Source of the DNA: Octopus vulgaris
Taxonomy: Eukaryota
Assembly: GCA_951406725.2 (NCBI GenBank)
Contig: OX597833.1
Location: forward strand, 55,490,001 to 55,554,000
Direction: 5' to 3'
DNA length: 64,000 nucleotides
Both the position numbers and the translations under genes were made by a program. Positions 26,554-38,880 of this stretch are shown piece by piece. The notes under the pieces were generated by a model, which did not search any database, had not been told where the DNA came from, and was given only the letters and a program-made list of their open reading frames with translations. The stretch's first letter is position 1. The number at the start of each line of letters is the position of its first letter.

Positions 26554-26869
26554 GAATTCGCCTTAAATGGTCCCTTTACATACTGAATACTTGGTGAAAT
26601 TGATTAATAATTAATTAATTTTACCCTCAATTGTTGAAATATATATATATTTATATATATAAACATTAAAATTGCGAAAGCATGTGACTCAATGAATTCT
26701 TGCGGTGAAAATAGTGAAAAAGGCACTAAATTTAGTACGAAAGGCACAAAGTTGGCAACCCTGGATGAAGCCTATCATGAACTCAGATATGTTCATGCAT
26801 TGTAAAGACTACTGTGAAAACTTCATAGGGGAGGTAACTCTTTAAAGCTACATAACTCTTGTGGACTTA

Positions 26870-27311
26870 ACTATATAATATAATAATAATAATTGTGTAC
26901 AGTGCTCAGGTGCACTACAACTCATCTAAAGTGTATATATAATCAGGTGTAGTTTCGGCGGATTTCGGAAAGCATGAGGGCCTTAAAGGATGCAGTGTCA
27001 TGGCAGTCAACAACTGACGCAGGCAGTTTATTCCATGCTTCAGCAACTCAGAGCGTGAAAAAATGTTTCCGAAAGTCATGGGAGCTGTATTGTTTTCTGA
27101 CTTTGTAGGCATGTCCACGTGTGTTAGACACATGGAGATCAAAAAGGTGTTCAGTGTTGTTGTTGGTGAGGTGGTTGATAACTTTGTGGGTGTTTACCAA
27201 GTCCGTCGCCAGACGCCGGAGCTTCAGTGAATCCATGCCCAGGGAAACAAGGCGCTCAGAATATGGTAGGTGTCTGATGGAGGGTATGCGTTTGGTTGCA
27301 CGTCTCTGCAA
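26870..27311 (-). mobile_element. 3' end of a CR1-like LINE
   Basis: LQRRATKRIPSIRHLPYSERLVSLGMDSLKLRRL...SNTRGHAYKVRK...RKHFFTL, a typical CR1 ORF2 C-terminus; (ATT)n tail. Confidence 0.85.
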
Positions 27312-27477
27312 TTCAAATAGATAGACCTCTGCAACTAATTCAAATATTACAATGAATACCAAAAATAAGTAGTGGAGTTGATATAATTTATTAAAAGAAT
27401 TTTAATTTAATACTTACTACTCATTTCTAAATCTCTGCTACACGTGTTTCTTGAGGTTTATAAAATATATATATGTG

Positions 27478-27519
<42 letters not shown>

Positions 27520-27525
<6 letters not shown>

Positions 27526-27700
27526 TATTAGAGACAAAACCACTATTTTGCAAAACAAACAAGGAAAGACTTGTTTTGCAAAATAGTGGTTTTGTCTCTA
27601 ATAATATTTTATAATATTTTACTATAAAATTGGATTTAATCCTAAATCTGATTTTTTCTCTGTAAATTTGGATTTATTCCCTAATATTTATTATATTATT
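27520..27700. mobile_element. Diverged, oppositely oriented fold-back copy of the 25790 family
   Basis: agagacaaaaccactattttgcaaaacaa...ttgttttgcaaaatagtggttttgtctct hairpin followed by ...ttggatttattcccta; flanked by (TA)n. Confidence 0.6.
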
Positions 27701-27983
27701 ATATATATATATATATATATATTAAGGTATGTAGAAAAATACAACATGGACAAGAACGTATAACTCTTAGAAGACGATACAATAAACACGGACAGGACAT
27801 TCGAAACCCTCAGTCTTCAGTCAAGAACCGGATCATCGTAGTAATTTCGGCTGATTAATCTTGAGATTACTAGATCACGGCCAGCCCTCCAAGAAAAACT
27901 AAGCAACGAGCATTAGAAAAACTAAGCTGGGAGCGTAGATTTCCTGGAAGAAGGATCGAATGCATACGGACACCAGGACAGCA

Positions 27984-28020
<37 letters not shown>

Positions 28021-28079
28021 CATGTAAAAGAATTTTTATCATTTGTTATATATCTTCTTTTATTTGTGATCTTTTTCAG

Positions 28080-28114
28080 TGAGATTTGTTCAGCGCACAG
28101 ATGGAGGTAACTGA
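28080..28114 (+). CDS. NUGGC: Coding part of the terminal exon ((L)RFVQRTDGGN*)
   Basis: ctttttcag acceptor ends at 28079; the phase-1 join gives TTG AGA TTT GTT CAG CGC ACA GAT GGA GGT AAC TGA. A long SINE-free region follows. Confidence 0.6.
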
Positions 28115-30600
28115 ATTCATGCTTGCTGTAAAGGTAAAAAAAAAAATTCGAAGAAGGAAAGAAACAGCCATGTGATATGAAAGACTACTCGGTTGACTCA
28201 CTCTGCTGGATGACAAGGTCATGGAAAGCAACAAGCACAAAATAAAGAAATCCTATGGAAGAAATTGGATCGAAACCACACATACATAAAAACAAAAAAA
28301 ATTAAATAAATTGAAGTATTTTGTACTGAGAAGAAAGATAAAAAAAAAAACGAAAATATTCAAAGAAACTAATTAAATACCTTTAACTGGTCAGATGAAC
28401 AACTTTCAAAAAACAAAAAGCGAAAAAAAAAAAGGCTGTGTCCACTGAACCGAGGAAGGATTTATGGGCAATAATTCCTCTTCAGTGATTGGTTGAATAT
28501 AGTTTGACATGTGACCTCAGTGATTAGTGTGGTATTATATATATGTTTATATATATATACGTATATATATCATTTCTACTGCATGGCTTTGGTTTTGAAG
28601 AATAATTTTACAAATACACCCACGGACACTTTTAACATGTGTACGTGCACTCACATTCAATCACACCAAGACATATCTATCTAATCTTCTCAGTGACCAT
28701 TTGTTGATCATCTCTGATCAAAGACTTGTGAAATACACCACCACCCTCTTCAGTGTTTGGTCTATTCAGACAGCATGTTAACTGCCCTCTCAACGTGCTT
28801 ACACTTCATTGTTCTGTTATATTCTGAACAAATTCTCTACCTTACCCTTGCAAAAATATGACAAGAAGCAAAGTGAAAGTGAAAGTTAAAATTTAAATAT
28901 AAAAAGCAAAAAAATTCAATGAAGAAATAATGTCCTCATTTGTCTTGTCTCCCCTTCCATACCATTTTTTTATAAGAGAAAACAAAAACAAACAAACAAG
29001 CATATTTTAAAAAGAATTCAGAAAAACAAAAACATTTCAAAATGACGTTTTGGGTGTATTTTTTTTTTGTCTTTCTCCCCACCATTCACAAATCTGTATT
29101 TTCAAGCCGTATTACTGTCTGGTCAGTATTGGGTGATAATTTGAGGGGAGGGGGTGTGCTGAAAATGCTACATAGTAAAATCTTTTTAAATCCCCCCCCC
29201 CCATGTTTTTTTGTTTGTTTTTTTACTAAACATTGACAAACATCTGAATATTCTTTTTTTTTTTTTAAATCACAAAAATATAAATTTCTTCTGCAAAAAA
29301 AAAAAAAAAATTAAAGTGAAGAAAAAAAAACTAAAAATAAACTGGATACTACATTCTTTGAATCAAGCCTGTTGATTATTATAATGATGTGATGATTAAT
29401 GAAATGAAGTTTAATAACTTTTATCAAATGAAATGGACTTCTTTGAGAAGAAGACGAATTTTTACCACTGGTATTGAAGTTTGATTTCTTCAGATACATT
29501 TAAAAAAAAAAAATTCGAAAACCCTACATTAATAAACAGATGTATACATACACAAATCAACTGTAGGCATGTATGTATACGTGTGTGTATATGTACACAT
29601 ATATATAAATATATATTTACATATATATACTCATTCAAAAACACACACATTATTTTATCACATGAAATTCATCTGTTGTTGGTTTTTTGTCCTAATGGTT
29701 TTTACTTATTTATTTTTTCACATTTTTCATGCAAATTTATTTTGTATTCTTCCCTTCTTAAGTATTCTTCGTGTTTTTATTTTGTTTTTTTTTATAATTA
29801 ATTTTAAAGTATTTGTTTCGTTAAGTTTTTGTTATCTTTTTTCTAATCCCTTCCCCCCATCCATCAATGTTAGAAAAATATCCCAAGCCATTTAAGGCCA
29901 TCATGCCGCTTCCCTTTTCCATAGTATCTACCAACCAACCAGCCATTCATTCAAGCGCCCAACCATTCTATGTCTGCTGCTGTCCTCAAACAAACCCAAC
30001 CCAATGCAATTCCTTGGTTTTTTTGTTATCATCCTTTCCCTTCTCTCTCTCTCTATATATATATATTAAATAACTTTACCTTGTTTCGTCTGTCCCCTAC
30101 GCCCCCTCAGATATTGCCAACTATTTGTAAAAAAAATATAATTAAAAAAGAAAAAAAGTATATAAAGGTTATAAAAAAAAAAACACCACCACCACCACCA
30201 CATTCTAAAAACTAAAAAAATTATCCACAGATTTGCTAAGAGAAAGTCACTTCCTATCTGTCTTAGTTCTTACTCTATATTCTGTTGATTCAAAGACGGT
30301 TGGAAGGGCAGTCTTCCTTCCAACCTGCAATTTACAGCAATTACAACAGATTAAACAAACTAACAAAAAAAAAAAAGTGAAAACAAAATAAAAAAAAAAT
30401 AAATATATAAAGTGTAGAGTGAAGGACAGATTGTTTTTGACTGGCAAAATGTGTAACGTTGTACAGAGGTGTCAGATAGAAACAGGTGGTTACTTGTAGC
30501 AATGATTTCTTGTGGAAAATATATTTAATGTAAAAAGCAATGTCAAGACAGAAAAAATAATTACAAAATAAGTTAATAAATCAACTTTGCCAATATATGT
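28115..30600 (+). other. Probable ~2.5 kb 3' UTR
   Basis: Long stretch with no recognisable SINE copies, with A/T homopolymer runs; it ends at AATAAA followed by a GT/T-rich tract. Confidence 0.55.
30575..30580 (+). terminator. Probable polyadenylation signal AATAAA
   Basis: AATAAA followed about 20 nt later by tgtgtgctttttttttt (GU/U-rich downstream element); interspersed repeats resume at about 30715. Confidence 0.5.
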
Positions 30601-30714
30601 GTGCTTTTTTTTTTCTTTTTCATTGATTATCTTTTTTTCTTTCCCCTTTTTATTATCAAAATATCAGTAAATGTACTACTATTTGCTGTTCATATATATG
30701 TGTGTGTATATAAA

Positions 30715-31055
30715 GAGCCCCTTCAGTCATGAATGACCATGGGATTGCACCTTCAAGGAGGTGCAATTTACCCTCCAAGGAACATGTTCAGGCAGGGTTG
30801 TTTTTTATGAAAGACCAGCAGTCACCTATGCAGACCAGCCTCTCATCTCCACGACACCTATGTTATCCAAGGGAAAGGTAAAGGCTGATTACAGCTTGGC
30901 ACCAGTGACAACACAAACTCATTTCTACAGCTGAATGAACTGGAGTAACATACAGTGTCTTGCTCAAGAGCATAACACACAGCCTAGTCCAGGAATCAAA
31001 CACACTACCTCATGATAGTTAGCCTGACGATCTAACTACTGAGCCACATGCCTTG
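30715..31055 (-). mobile_element. tRNA-headed SINE related to the 1400-1745 copy
   Basis: Reverse-complement similarity (ccatgggattgcacc...cttgctcaaga...actgagccac). Confidence 0.7.
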
Positions 31056-31062
31056 ACATATA

Positions 31063-31322
31063 TCATCATCATCATCGTTTAACATCCGTTTTCCATGCTA
31101 GCACAGGTTGGACGGTTCGACCCGGGTCTGGGAAACCAGGAGGCTGCACCAGGCTCCAGTCTGATCTGGCAGTGTTTCTACAGCTGGATGCCCTTCCTAA
31201 CACCAACCACTCTGTGAGTGTAGTAGGTGCTTTTTACATGCCACCGGCACAGAAGCCAGTCAAGGCGGCGCTGGCATTGGCCACATTCGGATGGTACTTT
31301 ACGTGCCACCTGCACAGGTATC
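31063..31322 (-). mobile_element. Family D copy
   Basis: Similar to 3590-3860. Confidence 0.7.
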
Positions 31323-31493
31323 AGAACTACAATTTCCATTTGATATTTATTTTGATGTTGATGATATATATATATTTAGATTCAGTTGAATATGGTACTT
31401 AAGTTGAAGGCACAAGAATTTAGTATGGTATTATCCATATAATTTAAAATAAGGTGTTATAATCAAAATAAGCAACAAGGATATCCAGAGGTA

Positions 31494-31582
31494 ATGCAGT
31501 ACGATCGTTTCATGTGACTCCACTTAATTGAACAATGCAAATATAGCATCAATTTAAAATGTGGAGCAATCTTCAGCTGCAT
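31494..31582 (-). ncRNA. Minimal type I hammerhead ribozyme motif (Penelope-like element type)
   Basis: The - strand reads AUGCAG CUGAAGA [UUGCUCCAC...GUGGAGUCACAU] GAAA CGAUCG UA CUGCAU: perfect 6-bp stem I, intact core and palindromic stem III (ACGAUCGU). Confidence 0.7.
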
Positions 31583-31690
31583 AAAAATATAGAATTTAGT
31601 TAAATTTGAAGGAAACATTAGTATAATTTTATCCAAAATCTCCAAGAGGATAAGGAGATAGACAAAGAACATGGTCAGTCATGGTGATAT

Positions 31691-31784
<94 letters not shown>

Positions 31785-32151
31785 CACATGACAGGCTTCT
31801 TTCAGTTTCCGTCTACCAAATCTACTCACAAGACTTGATTGGCCTGAGGCTGTAGTAGAAGACACGTGCCCAAGGTGCCACGCAGTGAGACTGAACCCGG
31901 AAACGTGGTTTGGGAAGCTAGCTTTTTACCACACAACCATGCCTACATATACACATATTCTTTTACTTGTTTCAGTCATTTGACTGCGGCCATGCTGGAG
32001 CACTGCCTTTAGTCAAACAAATCGACCCCAGGACTTATTGTTTGTAAGTCTAGTACTTATTCTATCGATCTCTTTTGCTGAAATTGCTAAGTTACAGGAA
32101 CATAAACACACCAGCATCAGTTATCAAGCTGTGTCTGTGTGGGAGAGACAA

Positions 32152-32184
<33 letters not shown>

Positions 32185-33060
32185 CGACAGGTTTCTTTCA
32201 GTTTCCGTCTACTAAATCCACTCACCATTTGCATGATGTCATGATAGGGCTTCATTCAGTTTCTGTCTACCAAATCCACTCACAAGGCCTTGAGCAGCCC
32301 GGGGTTACAGTCGAAGACATTCAAGGTACCACACAATGGAACTGAACCTAAACAATCATTATTTACATTATTTACATTTGACGGATATTTGTCCTCATCT
32401 TGTTTGTTGTTAACACAAGTTTCAGCTGATATATTCTCCAGCCTTTGTCAGGTGTCTTGGGGAAGTTTCGAACCTGGGTTCTCATTCCTAAGGTATTTTT
32501 CGATGTTGATCATCATCATCGTTTAACATCCGCTTTCCATGCTAGCATGGGTTGGACTATAGGAGAAGACACTTGCCCAAGATGTCATGCAGTGGCACTG
32601 AACTCGGAACCATGTGGTTGGGAAGCAAGCTATTTACCACACAACCATTCCTGTATATATATATACACACACACACACACACTCTTTACTCTCTTTTACT
32701 TGTTTCAGTCATTCAACTGTGGCCATGCTGGAGCACCGCCTTTAGTCGAGCAAATCGACCCCAAGACTTATTCTTTGTAAGCCTAGTACTTATTCTATCG
32801 GTCTCTTTTGCCGAACTGCTAAGTTACGGGGACGTAAACACACCACCATCGGTTGTCAAGAGATGTTGGGGTACAAACACAGACACACAAACATATACAC
32901 ACACACATATATATATACAACGGGCTTCTTTCAGTTTCCATCTCACAAGGCTTTGGTCAGCCCGAGGCTATAGTAGAAGACACTTGGCCAAGGTGCCACA
33001 CAGTGGAACTGAACCCGGAACCATGTGGTTCGTAAGCAAGCTACTTACCATACAGCCACA
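31785..33060 (-). mobile_element. Cluster of - strand family A SINEs, one interrupted by a 329-bp duplicated segment
   Basis: Pieces at 31785-31945, 31955-32225, 32558-32655 and 32680-33060. Confidence 0.75.
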
Positions 33061-33599
33061 TACTTCATTTCATTTTGTGCCATCCACTGAGTTGGCAAAA
33101 ATGAGTTGTACCTGTTATTCAAAGGGCTGCTTTTGTCACATCCCATGTCATGCTGAATCTCCCTGTGAACTACATTAAGGGAATGCATCTGTTGAAAGCT
33201 CAGCCTTTTGTACATTAATTCCACCTGCAGGTGGGTCTGTTGATTGGATCAACTGAAATACTCGTAACCTATTGAGTTGCCTTCCACAAGAATATATAAT
33301 TTTGATAATATTCAAAATAAGAAAATCAAGCCACTACAAATAACTTGTCTCCTGATTTCTATAACCAAGAACCAAAATTTTTTTAGATTCATTGATCCAG
33401 GGGCTGCCTTTTACTGAAAAGATACAACTAGGTTGAAACAGGTGTTTTGAAAGTTCCTTTACATCTATGAATCAAGTGTGCTGTGAACACAGATTATGTG
33501 GAAGGAGAAGTTGTTCTCTTTAAACAAAACACAATAGCAATTAGAATATTCATGTTCAAATCTGCTGGAACATATTTAAAATGAATATGGACATATTCA

Positions 33600-33885
33600 T
33601 AGGCGTAGGAGTGGCTGTGTGGTAAGTAGCTTGCTTATCAACCACATGGTTCCGGGTTCAGTCACACTGCGTGGCAAGTGTCTTCTACTATAGCCTCGGG
33701 CCGACCAAAGCCTTGTGAGTGGATTTCGTTGACGGAAACTGAAAGTAGCACGTCGTATAAATGTATATATTTATATATGTACGTGTATATGTTTGTGTGT
33801 CCTGGGGTCGATTTACTCGACTAAAGGCGGTGCTCCAGCGTGGCCACAGTCAAATGACTGAAACAAGTAAAAGAGTAAAGAGTAT
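33600..33885 (+). mobile_element. SINE family A, internally deleted
   Basis: Head and tail present, middle missing. Confidence 0.8.
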
Positions 33886-34249
33886 TTGAGTTTTTACTGA
33901 TATTCTGCCTTACTTGAATAGAGGGTTATAGTGAACATTAAGATTAAAACGTTTTGTTTTTTTAAAACACTCATATTAAGTGGTGTTCATTTTTTCATGT
34001 CTTTATTTTTGTGGGTGTCCGTAAAGGTATTATGTGGTTTAAAATACTATATGTATGTATGTATAGTTAAAATTGTGATGATCAAAGAAACAGAAATGAT
34101 GTAATTATCAACAGGATCTTTAAACTAGAATGACGTATGCCGTCCATCACCATTTTAAAGTCCACTTTTCATTCTTTGCATGGGTTACACGCGCGCGCCA
34201 GTCACTCAAGGGAGGTAACTCTTGAAAAATAGCTAAACTGAACTATTGT

Positions 34250-34497
34250 ATTACTCTTTTACTTGTTTCAGTTATTTGACTGTGGCCATGCTGGAGCATC
34301 GCGAATCGACCCCCCTTCAGGACTTATTCTTTGTAAGCCTAGTACTTATTCTATCGGTCTCTTTTGCCGAACCGCTAAGTTACGGGGAAGTAAACACACC
34401 AGCATCGGTTGTCAAGCGATGCTAGGAGGACAAACACAGACACACAAACATATACACACACATACATTATATATATGTGTGTGTGTATATATATATA

Positions 34498-34559
<62 letters not shown>

Positions 34560-34720
34560 AACGACGGGCTTCTTTCAGTTTCTACCTACCAAATTCACTC
34601 AGAAGGTTTTGGTCAGCCTGAGGCTATAGTAGAAGACACTTGCGCAAGGTGCCACGCAGTGGGACTGAACCCGGAACCATGTGGTTGGTAAGCAAACTAC
34701 TTACCACACAGCCACTCCTA
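34250..34720 (-). mobile_element. SINE family A
   Basis: Reverse-complement match. Confidence 0.85.
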
Positions 34721-34837
34721 TGGATATAATTAGTCCAGTATTTGTTTATACAAATAATTAGCTAAAACTTTTGATGTCTATCGTCCAGTAACCAAAGCCA
34801 CTAAATGAATAAAAGAATATTTAAATGTCTCTTTACT

Positions 34838-35258
34838 TAGGCACGGGAGTGGTTGTGTGTTAAGTAGCTTGCTTACTAACCACATGGTACCGGGTTCAGT
34901 CCCACTGCGTGACACCTTGGGCAAGTGCCTTCTGCTATAGCCTCGGACCAACCAAAGCCTTGTGAGTGGATTTGGTTGACGGAAACTGAAAGAAGCCCGT
35001 CGTATATATGTTTACATATGTGTATGTGCGTGGTTATGTTTGTGTGTCTCTGTTTGTTCCCCCCACCCAACATCGCTTGACAACCGATGCTGGTGTGTTT
35101 ATGTCCCCGTAACTTAGCGGTTCAGCAAAAGAGACTGAGAGAATAAGTACTAGGCTTACATAGAATAAGTCCTGGGGTCGATTTGCTCGACTAAAGGCGG
35201 TGTTCCAGCATGGCTACAGTCAAATGACTGAAACAGGTAATAGAGTAAAAGAGTAAAA
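34838..35258 (+). mobile_element. SINE family A, head-to-head with the previous copy
   Basis: Full-length match. Confidence 0.85.
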
Positions 35259-35941
35259 TACCATACATCAATAATATATCATTATCCAGAATCAAGTAGA
35301 TTTGAACTTGCATCTCTATAGATTTAATTTTATAACTTCTTTAATCAACCATTTCACCCCAACACCGAAAACAGAGCTGAAAATTCTTTAGAATATTTGT
35401 CCATTCCACCACACATGTTACTAATAATTAGTTAACTACTTGAGGCTGTCTGAGTAGAGATCTTCATCATCATCCTTTTTTTAATGCCCACTTTTCCATG
35501 TTTGCACAAGTCAATCAGGATTTGTCAGTGCAGATTTTCTAAGAATGGGTGCCCTTCCTGTTACAAACCTTTCGTTTGTTTCTATGCAAGGTAATATTTC
35601 TTCAAGGGCTGACATATTTTTCATGGAAGATCGGAAATGAACAAAGCTGAAACACAACTATTGCATGATGTCATGATAGGGCTTCATTCAGTTTCTGTCT
35701 ACCAAATCCACTCACAAGGCCTTGAGCAGCCCGGGGTTACAGTCGAAGACATTCAAGGTACCACACAATGGAACTGAACCTAAACAATCATTATTTACAT
35801 TATTTACATTTGACGGATATTTGTCCTCATCTTGTTTGTTGTTAACACAAGTTTCAGCTGATATATTCTCCAGCCTTTGTCAGGTGTCTTGGGGAAGTTT
35901 CGAACCTGGGTTCTCATTCCTAAGGTATTTTTCGATGTTGA

Positions 35942-36280
35942 TCATCATCATCGTTTAACATCCGCTTTCCATGCTAGCATGGGTTGGACAATTTGACTGA
36001 GGTCTGGAGAACCAGACTCTAATCTGATCTGACAGAGTTTCTACAGCTGGATGCCCTTCCTAACGCCAACCGCTCCAAGAGTGTAGTGGGTGCTTTTACG
36101 TGCCACTGGCACGAGGGCCAGTTAGATGGTACTGACAACGGCCACGCTCAAATGGTGCCTTTTATGTACCACCTGCACAGGAGCTAGTCTAGCAGCACTA
36201 GCAACGATCTTGCTCGAATGTTTTTTCACGTGCCACCAGCACAAGGTGCTAGTAAGGTGACGCAGGTAACGATCACACTC
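35942..36280 (-). mobile_element. Family D copy without expansion
   Basis: Single-unit counterpart of 3590-4735. Confidence 0.7.
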
Positions 36281-36625
36281 ATTATTATTATTATTATTCA
36301 GGTCACTGCCTGGAATCGAACTGGGAATCTTGGGGTTAGTAGCCCACGCTCTTTACCACTACACCTTATGCCCATAGTGGTTAAGAGTGCGGGCTACTAA
36401 CCCCAAGATTCCGAGTTCGATTCCAGGCAGTAACCTGAATAATAATAATAATAACATTGAAAAATACCTTAGGAATGAGAATCCAGGTTTCAAATTTCCC
36501 CAAGACACCTGATGAAGGCTGGAGGGTATATCAGCTGAAACGTATTAACAACAAACAAAATGAGGAGAAATATCTGTCAATTGTAAATAATGTACATAAT
36601 TCCTCATCTCTTAAATATAGAACTA
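36281..36625 (+). mobile_element. tRNA-headed, hammerhead-bearing short retroelement with a 5' inverted duplication
   Basis: Inverted pair of tRNA-like segments (36281-36361 and 36375-36453; B box GAGTTCGATTCC), then (AAT)n, a hammerhead, and a 3' end shared with 60890-61190. Confidence 0.6.
36504..36550 (+). ncRNA. Hammerhead ribozyme motif (stem I 3' strand damaged)
   Basis: GACAC CUGAUGA A GGCUG-loop-CAGCU GAAA CG UA; same family as 60970-61015. Confidence 0.55.
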
Positions 36626-36705
36626 TTATCTAAAACTGCACGGTTGGGAATCAAGTTTCTTAGCCATACAGCCATACTTGTGTCTTCGTGTTCATTTATT
36701 TCATA

Positions 36706-37069
36706 CTAGCAGGATCGCCCGGCGTTGCTCAGGTTTGTAAGGGAAATAACTATAAAGCATTTTTAGAGAGTTATAGCCAAAAAATGATGGTAAATTTTTT
36801 TTTGAGATTTAAAAAAGGTTGAGTTGCGTCCCCTAGACAGTTTATGGTTCGTGTTTCTGATTCTTGACCCCATGTCGGATTTATCGATTTTTTTCAGAAC
36901 TGGGGGAACTTTTCAAAATTTTCGCTGCGTTAGTTTTGAATTATGACATTGGGCTATGTGTGTATCAAGTTTCATCAGAATCGGTTGAAAGCCGTGGTCA
37001 GGGTGAGGGTACAAGCAAACAGACACACAGGAACACGCACAGACAAACTGCCGTTTATATAGAGAGAGA
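36706..37069 (-). mobile_element. Non-autonomous Helitron-like element
   Basis: Reverse complement of 18439-18823. Confidence 0.7.
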
Positions 37070-37304
37070 TTACAATTTTGTAAGCAATAACATCATTGGT
37101 TACAAGTTTCAATAAGCCTGCAACTGGTTCATTGCAGTTAAGATAACAATAGTGAGAAGGAATTGTTTCTATAACTTGAGTGAAACAAATGTTATAAGGG
37201 ATTTTCATTCAAAAGCACAGGGCTATCACTGAATCTCCAGCAGTTAACTGTTTATCCTAGAATTGTGTAAAATAGATATTTCAATGATTTTTCAAACACT
37301 TATT

Positions 37305-37875
37305 ATTATTATTATTGAGTGAGAGAGCAGTGCATGACATCAAAGTGACACTGGGGTAAAATATACGAAGCCCAGTATACCCATCATGACTACCCGTCTG
37401 ATAAGGGTACACCAGGCACATGCATCACAACCATATGTGTGCGACATGGTGATCTCATATCAAGATAAACAGCACATGACCTTGCAGGTGGGGCCAAGTT
37501 AGAGTTTTCTTCTGGTTGAGTAACCCTTCCTGCTCAAAAGGTCTTGAATAAGGGTTGTTTAAGGATGTTGAACAAACCACCCATGTTTCCAAAGGTGTAT
37601 TATCCAAACCTTCAAGAATCCCTCTCAACACATGGCCATGATGCTGCCCCACTACTTCTACTCGTGATCAGAGATGCACATATCGTCAGCCACTAAGGGA
37701 CATGCTCAACTGGTTAAGGTCAAACCAGTGACAAGCAAATCTGTGGTATTGAGCAGAATATTTGCTGTAGCCCATCTTTTATACCAAGACTAAACAATGT
37801 ACATGATAACACTTCCAATCAGTTAAGATCAGAAGCCATGAAAGCCGCTGTCTTGTACTGCATCAGGACATTAAT
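37305..37875 (-). mobile_element. Second copy of family E
   Basis: See 24555-25135. Confidence 0.75.
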
Positions 37876-38003
37876 TACTATTATCATTATTATTATTATT
37901 GTTGTTGTCTAGATCAATCTGAGTGGTATAAAATGAATCACGAAGCATCTAAACAATTTGAGTTGAAGAAGCAGAACAATAAAAAAAATTCTATTCTACA
38001 ATA

Positions 38004-38170
38004 TAGGTGCAGGAGTAGCTGTGTGGTAAGTAGCTTGTTTACCAACCACATGGTTCTGGGTTCAGTCCCACTGCGTGGCACCTTGGGCAAGTGTCTTCTA
38101 CTATAGCCTCGGGCCGACCAAAGCCTTGTGAGTGGATTTAGTAAATGGAAACTGAAAGAAGCCCGTCGTA

Positions 38171-38229
<59 letters not shown>

Positions 38230-38455
38230 GCGTGTGTGTGTTTGTGTATCTGTGTTTGTCCCCCTAGCATTGCTTGACAACCGATGCTGGTGTGTTTATG
38301 TCCCTGTTACTTAGCGGTTCAGCAAAAGAGACCGATAGAATAAGTACTGGGCTTACAAAAGAATAAGTCCTGGGGTTGAGTTGCTCGATCAAAGGCGGTG
38401 CTCCAGCATAGCCGCAGTCAAATGACTGAAACAAGTAAAAGAGTAAAAGAGTAAC
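38004..38455 (+). mobile_element. SINE family A
   Basis: Full-length match. Confidence 0.85.
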
Positions 38456-38704
38456 CAACAAACTCTTTCGACCAATCCCAGACAAAAATCAAAATTAGCA
38501 GATTCATAAGCACACAGGGCAAAGAACCTGTAAAATCATTTGTCCTGTGCACTTACGAACCTGTTAATCAACCCCCACCCTGATGCAGTCACCTACAAAC
38601 CTCTAATAAAATGTGGCTGCCACAGCTGGAAGGTATTTGACCGTAGATCTGTTCTATCAGAATTGACCAACTGCCGCAATACTAAAATGTAAAGCTATGG
38701 ACTT

Positions 38705-38880
38705 AATCATCATCATCATTTAATTTTCATTTTCCATGCTAGCATGGGTTGGACGGTTCGACCGGGGTCTGGGAAGCCAGGAGGCTGCACCAGGCTCCAG
38801 TCTGATCTGGCAGTGTTTCTACAGCTGGATGCCCTTCCTAACGCCAACCACTCCGTGAGTGTAGTGGGTATTTTTTACGT
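38705..38880 (-). mobile_element. Family D partial copy
   Basis: Similar to 31063-31240. Confidence 0.65.
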
